Part shown: in pieces, positions 53,891 to 64,000 of the stretch
How the letters are laid out: each line of letters starts with the position of its first letter
How positions within the stretch are numbered: the first letter of the stretch is position 1
Assembly: GCA_951406725.2 (NCBI GenBank)
Contig: OX597830.1
Span: 36,332,001-36,396,000, forward strand
Length of the DNA stretch: 64,000 nt
DNA from: Octopus vulgaris
Taxonomy: Eukaryota
Direction of reading: 5' to 3'
Notes under the pieces: generated by a model
What the model was told of the DNA's origin: nothing
The model's input: only the letters and a program-made list of their open reading frames with translations
The model's database searches: none
Translations under genes and position numbers: made by a program

Positions 53891-54734
53891 CACACGAATG
53901 TGTGTTCTACGTGTTAGAGTGTGCGCGTGTGTATCTATACGTGTGTACGTATATTCCTCCCTGTTTCATAAATCAAAGATTTACGCCACTCTGGTCCACA
54001 AATAACGATCACCATTTATATAAAAGTAGAAACTCCAAACTTTTGTTTAAGTTGCCGTTTTTCAATGGTTTTCCTTTCAATGTTCTACCATTATACATAT
54101 TTAATTACCTTTTGAGAAGCTTAGAAACACTGAATGATTTATTAAATTTATAAATACATATTTTTTTCCTGTATTTCCTATTAAACTTCAAAGTTAAAAT
54201 TGACATGGAACCTTAATCCTGTATTATTCTAGAAATTTAAGAAAATAAACATCAATTTCTGCTGATCTTGAAATTTAACTGCTTTTATTATCATCGTCGC
54301 AGATGTTTAATCCCTTCTTAAACTCCTGTAGTTTAAATTTAAGTTCTAATTTCATTAACAATCTTGATTTTTATGCGAGGTTTTCTTGTTTTTTTTGTTT
54401 TGTTTTTGTTTTGTTTTGTTTTTTCAGATATACACTTTTAAACTTTGTATTATATCCAAGAATCATTTTACAGTGTTATTATTCACCCCACAACGAAATA
54501 ATGTGTTACTAGAGATAAACCAGAAAATCTAAATTTAAAATCTACCGATATTCACTGAAAAGATTTTTGCATTATACTTAATGGCAAATCCACAAACTAG
54601 AGGGGGAAAAATCAAAATCCGATATGCGGTCACTTGACCTGAGAGCTATAATAGGTAAATCTTCCTCAACTCATTCACTTCTGCCCTTAAAAAAATATGT
54701 CGGATAGTCTTAAAGAGGTACACAGTGAATGGCC

Positions 54735-55223
54735 CAGTTCTCCGTCGGTTACGACGACGAGCGTTCCAGTTAATCCGATCAAAAGAACGACCTGCTCTTG
54801 AAATTCTTTTCTACTCTAGGAACAAGGCCCGAAATTTTGGGGGTGGGAGCCAGTCGATTAAACTGGTATTTAATTTATCAACCTTGAAAGGATGAAAGGC
54901 AAAGTCGACCTCGGCGGAATTTGAACTCAGAACGTAAAGACAGACGAAATACTGCTAAGCATTTGGCCCGGCGTGCTAACGCTTCTGCCAGCTCGCCGCC
55001 TTAGCCTGCTCTCGAAATTAAAGTGAAATTCAGGGAAAGTCAGCATGACACAGAATGTGACAAGGCTTGCCCTTTAAATTACAGGTACAACTCATTTTTG
55101 CCGGCTGAGTAGACTGGGGCAACGTGAAATAAAGTGTCTTGCTCACGGACACAAAGCGTTGCCGGGAATAGAACTCGTGACTTTAAGATCGTGAGCCGAA
55201 TACCCTGGTCATTAAACCACGTG
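54735..55223 (-). mobile_element. tRNA SINE containing a nested Deu/Nin-like SINE (54806-55003)
   Basis: Host halves match 26378-26708; the insert is flanked by CCTGCTCT(T/C)GAAATT at 54791 and 55005. Confidence 0.8.
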
Positions 55224-55300
55224 CTGAAAACAAACCAATAGTTATAAAATGCTTTTGAAAATAAGTCTGCTCGATCAGCCAATCAGAGCTGAGCTAGGAG

Positions 55301-55485
55301 TAATCCGATCAAAAGAACGACCTGCTCTTGAAATTTTTTCTACTCTAGGAACAAGGCCCGAAACACAGAGAGGACAAACAAGGACAGGGGTGGGAGCCAG
55401 TCGATTAAACTGGTATTTAATTTATCAACCTTGAAAGGATGAAAGGCAAAGTCGACCTCGGCGGAATTTGAACTCGGAACGTAAA
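55301..55485 (-). mobile_element. Partial duplicate of the nested-SINE junction
   Basis: TAATCCGATCAAAAGAACGACCTGCTCTTGAAATT..CTACTCTAGGAACAAGGCCCGAAA is repeated from 54770. Confidence 0.75.
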
Positions 55486-55674
55486 TAGTGCGGCAGAGCC
55501 ATAACAACCACACGACCGCCAAGAATACTAACGTATTCTATGCTCTGTTGTTTTAAATGGTACTGTGAAGAATTGTGTTTCGCTGTCCCAGATCAACCTG
55601 AAAAATATCGGTGGTGATATATATCAGCTTATTAAGATGAAATGTTAAATTGTGTGACTTATATTATGTGACAT

Positions 55675-55837
55675 AGGCGCAGGGGTGGCTGTGTGGTAAG
55701 TAGCTTGCTAACCAACCACAATGTTCCGGGTTCAGTCCCACTGCGTGGCATCTTGGGCAAGTGTCTTCTACTATAGCCCCGGGCCGACCAATGCCTTGTG
55801 AGTGGATTTGGTAGACGAAAACTGAAAGAAGCCTGTC

Positions 55838-55875
<38 letters not shown>

Positions 55876-56100
55876 ATGTGTTTGTGTGTCTGTGTTTGTC
55901 CCCCTAGCATTGCTTGACAACCGATGCTGGTGTGTTTACATCCCCGTCACTTAGCGGTTCGGCAAAAAGAGACCGATAGAATAAGTACTGGGCTTACAAA
56001 GAATAAGTCCCGGGGTCGAGTTGCTCGATTAAAGGCGGTGCTCCAGCATGGCCGCAGTCAAATGACTGAAACAAGTAAAAGAGTAAAGAGTAAAAGAGTA
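55675..56100 (+). mobile_element. Full-length tRNA-derived SINE with CR1-like 3' tail
   Basis: A box TGGCTGTGTGG, B-like GGTTCAGTCCC, internal (TA)n(TG)n, tail GGCGGTGCTCCAGCATGGCCG-CAGTCAAATGACTG-AAACAAGTAAAAGAG. Confidence 0.9.
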
Positions 56101-56891
56101 TATATAACGTATATTCACGAAAAAATTTTTTTAGTGTATTAAAGCATATAATATTTGAAGCAATCTCACATGTAGAACTCGGGGTGTCTTTATCGAGACA
56201 CCTTGCTGGGGAGAAAAAAGTGCGTCTTATGCGACATCAAATACCGTACTTAGCTATACTTTGGGAATTAGAGAACTCGTGAATAATACCGGTAACAGCA
56301 TTTCTTCTTTTATTGATCATGATTAAAAGTGAACACGAATTACTAAAAGACACGTGAAATCGTTACATCAAAGTGGTGTTACCGGCTCAGTGCTCTTTTT
56401 TGGTTGACATTTATCAACAGTACCACGTGTCGAAAGGTCGGCTCATTTGATCTCACTCGGCCATTTTAGACAGTGTTAAAATCCTGTAAACCCAACTGAA
56501 ACAGCATTAGGTTAAAATACCAACGTCCATAGCAGATGTTATCTCTGATCGATTACCACCGTAAGTGACCTATCAATAGTGTACAGACATTAAGTATAAT
56601 ACTTTAGTGCAGTCTTTCTCAACCATTTTTTTTCTTTGATTTCTAATCTATTCCTTTGATTCCTATTCTATTCTACTGGATCCTCATAAACATTCGATGT
56701 TTAAAAACTTCTAATATATATTTATGATTAAATATCACTAGAAATTGTATTTAAAGAACTTTTTAAAATATTTTGTATATTGTAGAAGTATAACCAGTTT
56801 ATACAGTTCTATATTTAAGAGATGAAGGATTATGTACATTATTTACATTATTTACATTTGACGGATATTTGTCCTCAATTTGCTTGTTGTT

Positions 56892-56937
56892 AACACAACG
56901 TTTCGGCTGATACACCCTCCAGCCTTCATCAGGTATC
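56892..56937 (-). ncRNA. Penelope-type minimal hammerhead ribozyme (inverted arm)
   Basis: Minus strand GATAC-CTGATGA-A-GGCTG...CAGCC-GAAA-CGTT-GTGTT. Confidence 0.75.
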
Positions 56938-57293
56938 TTAGGGAAATTTCGAACCTGAGTCCTCATTCCTATGGTATTTTTCGATGTTGTCGTTGTTGTT
57001 GTTGTGATTCAGGTCACTGCCGTGGAGCATATAGCGTAGTGGTTAAGAGCGCGGGCTACTAGCCCCAAGAAGCTGAGTTCGATTCCAGGCATTGACCTGA
57101 AGAAGAAGAAGAAGAAGAAGAAGAAGAAGAAGGAGGAGGAGGAGGAGGAGGAGGAGGAGGAGGAGAAGAAGAAGAAGAAGAAGAAGAAGAAGAAGAAGAA
57201 GAAGAAGAAGAAGAAGAAGAAGAAGAAGAAGAAGAAGAAGAAGAAGAAGAAGAATACCTTAGGAATGAGGACTCAGGTTCGAAATTTCCCTAA

Positions 57294-57339
57294 GACACCT
57301 GATGAAGGCTGGAGGGTATATCAGCCGAAACGTTGTGTT
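57294..57339 (+). ncRNA. Penelope-type minimal hammerhead ribozyme
   Basis: GACAC-CTGATGA-A-GGCTG(GAGGGTATAT)CAGCC-GAAA-CGTT-GTGTT; GUU cleavage at 57334. Confidence 0.83.
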
Positions 57340-57767
57340 AACAACAAACAAGATGAGGAAAAACATCCGTCAAATGTAAATAATGTATAACCAGTTTTTT
57401 TGCAGATAAATTTTAACAAATAAAGCTTATATGGAGCCCCAATGGCCATTTGGCATTTTGTTGACAACCACTGCTTTAGGGATGAAATAATTTTAACACA
57501 TAAAAGTAAAGGACATACTAAAGGATTTAAAATCACCGATGCCTTCGTCCCTCTACGATTTTAATCCCAAGTTCAAGTAATTAAGTGTTTTGTTCCAAGT
57601 AATTAAGTGTTTCACTGTTAAGATCTCCGTAAAAAGAGAGCAAACATCGTTGGGAATCGAACCGAGCAACTGCACTCTACAATATCTGGATCGTGGTGAA
57701 AGGCATCATACAATACACAAGAGTATATTTTATCGGTTAGATGTCATAAAACCTTTGAAAACATACT

Positions 57768-57805
<38 letters not shown>

Positions 57806-57929
57806 TATATTCAGTATGGTTTCATTTGTTTACGATCGTATGGGCTACCATACCAAAATACTCCGCGTCGATGTCGTTCAGATAACTGACGGTTATGTAT
57901 AGTTTAACTGCTGTTAATATTTGTGTAGT

Positions 57930-58480
57930 GGAGGCGCGTGGCTTAGTGATCAGGGTGTCAGCATCATGATCGTAAGATTGTGGTTTCGATTTTTGAACCG
58001 GGCGACGCGTTGTGTTCTTAAGCAAAACACTTCATTTCACGTTGCTCCAGTCCACTCAGCTGGCAAAAATGAGTAACGCTGCGATTGACTGGCGTCTCGT
58101 CCAGCTGGGGAACACATACGCTATAGAAACCGGGAAACCGGGCCCATGAGCCTGGCTAGGCTTTAAAAGGGCGCATTTATTTGTGGAGGCGCAATGGCCC
58201 GGTGGTTAGGGCAGCGGACTCGCGGTCGGAGGATCGCAGTTTCGATTCCCAGACCGGGCGTTGTGTGTGTTTATCGAGCGAAAACACCTAAAAGCTCTAC
58301 GAGGCTCCATCAGGGGGTGGGGGTGGCGACTATGTTGTACTCTTTCGCAACAACTTTCTCTCACTCTCTCTTCCTGTAACGCTGCGATGGACTGGCATCC
58401 CGTCCAGCTAGGGGGAACACATAGGCCACATAAACTGGGAAACTGGGCCCATGAGCCTGGCTAGGCTTGAAAAGGGCGAC
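57930..58480 (+). mobile_element. Two tandem tRNA-derived SINEs with different heads and a shared 3' end
   Basis: Heads at 57930 and 58185; both end GGGCCCATGAGCCTGGCTAGGCTT(T/G)AAAAGGGCG. Confidence 0.82.
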
Positions 58481-58508
58481 GTTTATCGTTTTAATATTTC
58501 TGTACAAT

Positions 58509-58856
58509 TTTCAAACTCCTCCGAGGTCAGCATTGCGTTTCATCCTTTCGGGGTTCGATTAAAATAAGTACCAGTTGAACACTAGGGTCGATGTAATCGA
58601 CTTACACCTATCCCAGAAATTGCTAGTCTTGTGCCAAAATTTGAGGCAAATATTTCTGTACAATTGTAAGGCGGTCAGCTGGCAGAATTGTTAGCACACC
58701 AGGCTAAATGCTAAGCAGCATTTCGTTCGTCCTTACATTCTGAGTTTAAATTCTACCATGATTGGCTTTGCCTTTCGTCCTTTCGGAGTTGAACACTGGG
58801 TTCCATGTATCCGACTCACACAGAATTGCTGGCCTTGTGTCAAAGTTTAAAATCCG
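58509..58856 (+). mobile_element. Two old Deu/Nin-like SINE copies
   Basis: CATCCTTTCGGGGTTCGATTAAAATAAGTACCAG and GCTGGCAGAATTGTTAGCAC...GCCTTTCGTCCTTTCG. Confidence 0.7.
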
Positions 58857-59137
58857 TATTTCTGTACAATGGCACATCATAATTTATAGTTTTATGGCAT
58901 ATTATGATGTGTAAAAGCGTTTCATATTGAAGATTGAACTTATTTATTATATTCCATAATACCGCATAAAGTATTTTTCCGGCATGGACAAACTTTTCGA
59001 GGCGCAGGCCGCATAAGTACAAAAGGCTCATACTTGCAGACAGCAATATGTAATATTCGAGATAATTTTCCATTCAGCGTGCCATTCAGAAAATCCCGTG
59101 ACCTGCAGATTTCCCATGACAGGTTTAGATGCTATAC

Positions 59138-59517
59138 AGGTGCAGGAGTGGCAGTGTGGTAAATAGCTTGCTTACCAACCACATGATCACGGGTTCAGTC
59201 CCACTGCGTGGTACCTTGGGCAAGTGTCTTCTACTATAGCCTTGGGTCGACCAAAGCCTTGTGAGTGAATTTGGTAGACGGAAACTGAAAGAAGCCCGTC
59301 GTGTGTGTGAGTGTGTATATGTGTGTCTGTGATTGTCCCTCAATATCGCTTGTGCTGGTGCGTTTACCTCCCCGTAACTAAGCAGTTCGGCAAAAGAGAC
59401 TGATAGAATAATTACTAGGCTTACAAAGAATAAGTCCTAGGGTCGATTTGCTCGACTAAGGGTGGTGCTCCAGATTGGCCGCAGTCAAATGACTGAAACA
59501 AATAAAAGAATAAAAGA
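59138..59517 (+). mobile_element. tRNA-derived SINE (CR1-tail family)
   Basis: Colinear with 55675-56100; tail CAGTCAAATGACTGAAACAAATAAAAGAATAAAAGA. Confidence 0.87.
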
Positions 59518-59644
59518 CTATATTAGGTGTAGTGGTCGGGGTGTTCTGCTTACGGTCATAAAATTGCTGGTTCAATTCCTTGACCTGGCAACGCACTGTT
59601 CTTAATCACTATTGGAAGGCTATTCCGTCGGGAAGGTCACCCAT

Positions 59645-59768
59645 TTACAGCTGAGTGGACTGGAGTAACGTGAAATGAAGAACACAAAGCGCAACCGACC
59701 TGAGAATCGAAACCACGATCTCATGGTCGTGAGTACAGCACCCCCTAAGCACTAGGCCACGCACCTTC
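59645..59768 (-). mobile_element. tRNA SINE head fragment
   Basis: Minus strand GTGCGTGGCCTAGTGCTTAGGGG...GGTTTCGATTCTCAGG. Confidence 0.65.
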
Positions 59769-59773
59769 GCGTG

Positions 59774-59804
<31 letters not shown>

Positions 59805-59859
59805 TTTGTCTGTGTGAGTAAAGTTATGAAGACTAATGTGTTTATCATTAGCATTACCT

Positions 59860-60033
59860 TACTCATCATACTCATCGTCGTCATCATTATCGTCGTCATC
59901 ATCATCGTCGTCGTCGACGTCATCATCATCATCATCATCGTCATCATCATCGTCATCGTCATCACCACCGTCGTCATCATCAACATCATCATCATCACCA
60001 TCATCATCGTCATCATTATCATCCTCATCTCCG

Positions 60034-60075
<42 letters not shown>

Positions 60076-60365
60076 CCATCATCATCATCATCATCATCCT
60101 CATCCTCATCATCATCCTCATCCCCATCGTCATCGTCATCACCACCGTCGTCATCATCATCATCATCATCACCATCATCATCGTCATCATCATCATCACC
60201 ATCATCATCGTCATCATCATCATCATCCTTATCCCCGTCATCATCATCATCATCATCGTCATCATCCTCATCATTATCCTTATCATCGTCATCATCATCA
60301 TTATCGTCGTCGTCATCATCATCACCATTATCATCATCATCACCATCATCATCATCAACGTCATT
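59860..60365. repeat. Imperfect (ATC)n triplet repeat
   Basis: Read directly; yields poly-D/S/I/M pseudo-ORFs. Confidence 0.9.
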
Positions 60366-61171
60366 ACTAGTATCATTATTGTTATTCACTTTGAAAGTAA
60401 ACGAATTTGAAAAGGAAAAGCCATCAGCCAAATACTGTTAATGCTATTTTCTGATTTCTTTAATATGAAAACATTTTTTTTTTTTCAAAAATCATTTCCC
60501 CCTTCCTACATTCTTTCCTCCATTTTTTATTTTTGTTTGACTTTTCATCCATTTTTTTTTCTTTTTCTCTGTTGTTGTTTTTTTTTTATTCAGTCTATCT
60601 TCCTTGCTTTTATTTATGTATTATTTAGTTGCTACGTAGCTTTTTTCAAATCAACCATTGATATAAGGCAGAACTATTTAGAATTGATAATCCAATTGCA
60701 AAGCAAACTGAACGAATAAAGAGAGAGAAGTAGGGAAAGAGAAAGAGAGAGAGAGAGAGAAAGAGAGAGTTACACGCAGAGAGAGAGAGACAGACAGACA
60801 CATTAGAGACAGAGACAGACATATCAGAGAGAGGGAAAAGACGGGGAAACTGTAATGCATAAAGTTGAAGAGAGGTAGAGAGAGAGAGAGAGAGAGATGT
60901 AGAAAGAGTGAAAGAGGGAAACTGACAGAGGCGGTTTTATATATTTATATACTATGTATATATGTGTGTATGTATTATATTATATATATATATATATATA
61001 TGTATACATATATATATATGTATACATATATATGCATGTATACATATATGTACATATGTATACATATATATACATATATATATATATACATATATATATA
61101 CTTAGAGAGAGAGAGGCATATATATATATATGTACATATACATATAAATACACAAGCACGCACATATATAT

Positions 61172-61202
<31 letters not shown>

Positions 61203-61226
61203 CATAAAAACAGAGAAAGAGAGACA

Positions 61227-61258
<32 letters not shown>

Positions 61259-62096
61259 AAAAAAGAAAGAAAGAAAGAGGGTGAAAATGCTGAAAAAGAG
61301 GAAGTGTGAAAAAGAGCAAGATCGTTGAGAGTTCACTAAAGGAAGTGAGTAAGAAAGTTGTAGAGAGTAGAGTGATGGGGGGAACATGAAAGCAAGAGAG
61401 CGTGCGACAGATGATAAAAGAGTCTATTTTTAATAGCGACAAATGCTATTGAAAATTCTAGAAGATAAAACTTCATTTTAAGAAGTAATATAATAAACAA
61501 TTTTCTTTCCCTTTATTTTCAATGTCATTTTTAAAAGAGAGATTTTAAAATGATATTACCTGCCTTTGATCCCCTTCGGGGCCTTTTTACCCACATTTGC
61601 TTTTTATTTTATTTTTTTTGCTTTTTTAGTTGGTTTTTTTTTTATCTGATACTTTGATTTCGCTTATCATGTTTCATTTACCGCCTCCGTCCACCCATCC
61701 ACTCAACCATCCAGCTCTCTACCCACGCATTTACCTGACTACATGTGTATCATCTACTAACTTTACATTTTAAACAATTTTAAACGGAAATTTTCGGTTT
61801 AAATTTTTTTAATTTCCGTAGACAAAATTCAGGGGGTTTTGCCTGTTTTTTTTTTAAGTTCATAGCAATCGCGTTTTAAGTAATTTGTTTACTAGTTTGT
61901 TTATTGTAAATCTTGGCGAGAGAGAGAGAGAGAGAGAGAGAGACTTTGGGTATTAGTTTATGAGTTTGTGTTAAAAATTGACAGTCATTTGGGCTTCCAA
62001 GAACTTTCCTAAAAATGGTTAAACAAATGACAACTTAAAAAACATGATTCGTTTCTCAATACATATATATGTGCGCGCATATGAACTCACACATAC

Positions 62097-62156
<60 letters not shown>

Positions 62157-62481
62157 CAATAAATGGTGGGGTTGTGTTGACCGCACGTGGAGAAATGATA
62201 GGTAAGGAAGTGATAGGTATGGAAAATTTGGAAATTTTCCATACACCCATTTTCATTAAAATTTTCTTTCAATTTAGCATTCTGCCTTTTTAAAATTTTT
62301 CCTTCCCTATATATATATATATATATATACATAGATACATATACATAGATACATATACGTGTGTGTGTACGTGTGTATGTGTACGTGTGTTTATGTATGT
62401 GTGTGTATGTATGTGTGTTTATTATGTACGTGTGTATATATATGTGTATTTATATATACATACTCATATGCATATACATTC

Positions 62482-62523
<42 letters not shown>

Positions 62524-62561
62524 GCATATAAACATTCATACATATTTACATACATACCTAG

Positions 62562-62608
<47 letters not shown>

Positions 62609-62609
62609 T

Positions 62610-62644
<35 letters not shown>

Positions 62645-62653
62645 TAGACAGAT

Positions 62654-62745
<92 letters not shown>

Positions 62746-64000
62746 CTATCGCTATGTATGTAAATATGTATGAATGTTTATATGCATCTAGCTTAAGGTG
62801 ACCCGCTCTACGCGTGGGTAAGAGTGTGGTTGTTACTTTCTGTTGCTTCTTTCTGTGTTTATCAGCACATTCTCCCTCTTTGTTTCTCTCTCACTTTCCC
62901 ACTCTCTTACTCTACCTTTCTCTCGGACTCTCCCTCGTTTTCTCTTACTCTCTATCTTTCTCTATCTATCTCTCTCCCATTTATAAACAACAAAAGATCT
63001 TGAGTAAGTTGAGAAATAAAATATTTTGAAAGATAAATCATAAATATCAGGCAGTGACAACGGAAAGGTCTGCTTCAAAGCAGACAGCAAAACACTAACA
63101 TTTAAAAGGGACAGACTAACTTGCGAGCTGAATAAAAAATTTTAAAATATTGGAAACCAAAGTTTGAAGGGATAGAATCTGAGGATAGTAGAGTCACCAT
63201 GGCTGGCATTTCTTAACGACAGACAGCAACGTAGTGGCAGTTTAACGGCTGGCGTAAAATTTTGAACTTGATGTAAAAAAAATTCCTAAACACCAAGTTT
63301 TGAAATGATTCTTTCTCACGACAGTAGACTCACCATGGCAAGCATTCAAAACTTCTTCATCATGGACGGCAACACATTGACGATTTAGAGGGTGGTGCAA
63401 ATTTTTTAGCTTGATGTAACAGAGAATTACTAAACACCCGCTCATGTAAATTTTAATCCCCTTCCAGCCCTATTTAGACCCCTTTTCACATTTTGGTTAA
63501 TATAACCCGATTTCATTCGGGTCTACTCAGGCCACATTTTATAAGATGAGGAATTTTGTCCTAGAGGTCACATCTTTCTTTGAGGAAAGAAATAGTTGCC
63601 ATGCAAACTCGCCAGCACTTTTAACATAGGTGTGCATATTTTCAGCTCAACCGACCACATAATGCACACATTACACACACATATATATATATATATACAT
63701 ACATACATATATATATATAATTACAGATATATACACTTTGTATATATACATTATATATACATATTTATATATAGAACACACACACATATAAATTAACCCA
63801 ATAAATATCTGATTCATAATATTTGTTCTCGTGATTGTGTGGTGGTGGTGGTGGTGGCGATGATAATTCTCTCTATGAATGCAGACAGACGTAGAGAGAG
63901 AGAGAGAGGATGTGGAAGAAATAGTGACAGCGCTGGCGATGCGGCGGGGGAAAGATAGTAGACGCTGTCAAACGACGTTATAGAGAGAAAGTGAAAGGAA

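Larger units (their letters stand above)
56801..57384. mobile_element. tRNA-headed, hammerhead-bearing SINE-like element, inverted dimer, copy 2
   Basis: Plus unit: A box 57032-57042, B box 57075-57086, (GAA/GGA)n, hammerhead 57294-57339. Inverted minus arm 57021-56801 with a hammerhead at 56937-56892. TSD GTATAACCAGTTT at 56788-56800 and 57385-57397. Confidence 0.88.

Noticed and set aside
57027-57100. Functional tRNA gene
   Set aside because: A and B boxes are present, but acceptor and T stems do not close and there is no T-run terminator; it is a SINE head, as are the other tRNA-like heads.
59859-60431. Asp-rich (aspein-like) biomineralisation protein
   Set aside because: (GAT)n repeat open in most frames on both strands, with no signal peptide or exon evidence.

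Overview
Repeat-saturated, AT-rich animal genomic DNA. The SINE families and extreme microsatellite load resemble octopus/cephalopod sequence, which is inference. There are four 100-N gaps in the first 16 kb, and no host protein-coding exon could be supported; nearly all listed ORFs are microsatellite read-throughs. The window holds a frameshifted Tx1/L1-type LINE, three CR1-group LINE copies embedded in (TA)n (including a 5-kb tract), three R4/Dong-type fragments in (TAA)n, two mariner derivatives, a solo LTR, a non-autonomous Helitron-like element and about 20 tRNA-derived SINEs. The most interesting signal is a set of small non-coding elements carrying Penelope-type minimal hammerhead ribozymes. 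(i) A tRNA-headed, hammerhead-bearing SINE-like element is inserted twice as an asymmetric inverted dimer with 12-13 bp target-site duplications (36.8 kb, 57 kb). (ii) A second family with the same architecture has a compensatory G3-C8 hammerhead core (21.1-21.4 kb). (iii) A 333-bp tandem pair of hammerheads resembles a retrozyme (22 kb). A SINE family and the CR1-type LINEs also share a covarying 3' stem-loop, which points to a LINE/SINE partner pair.
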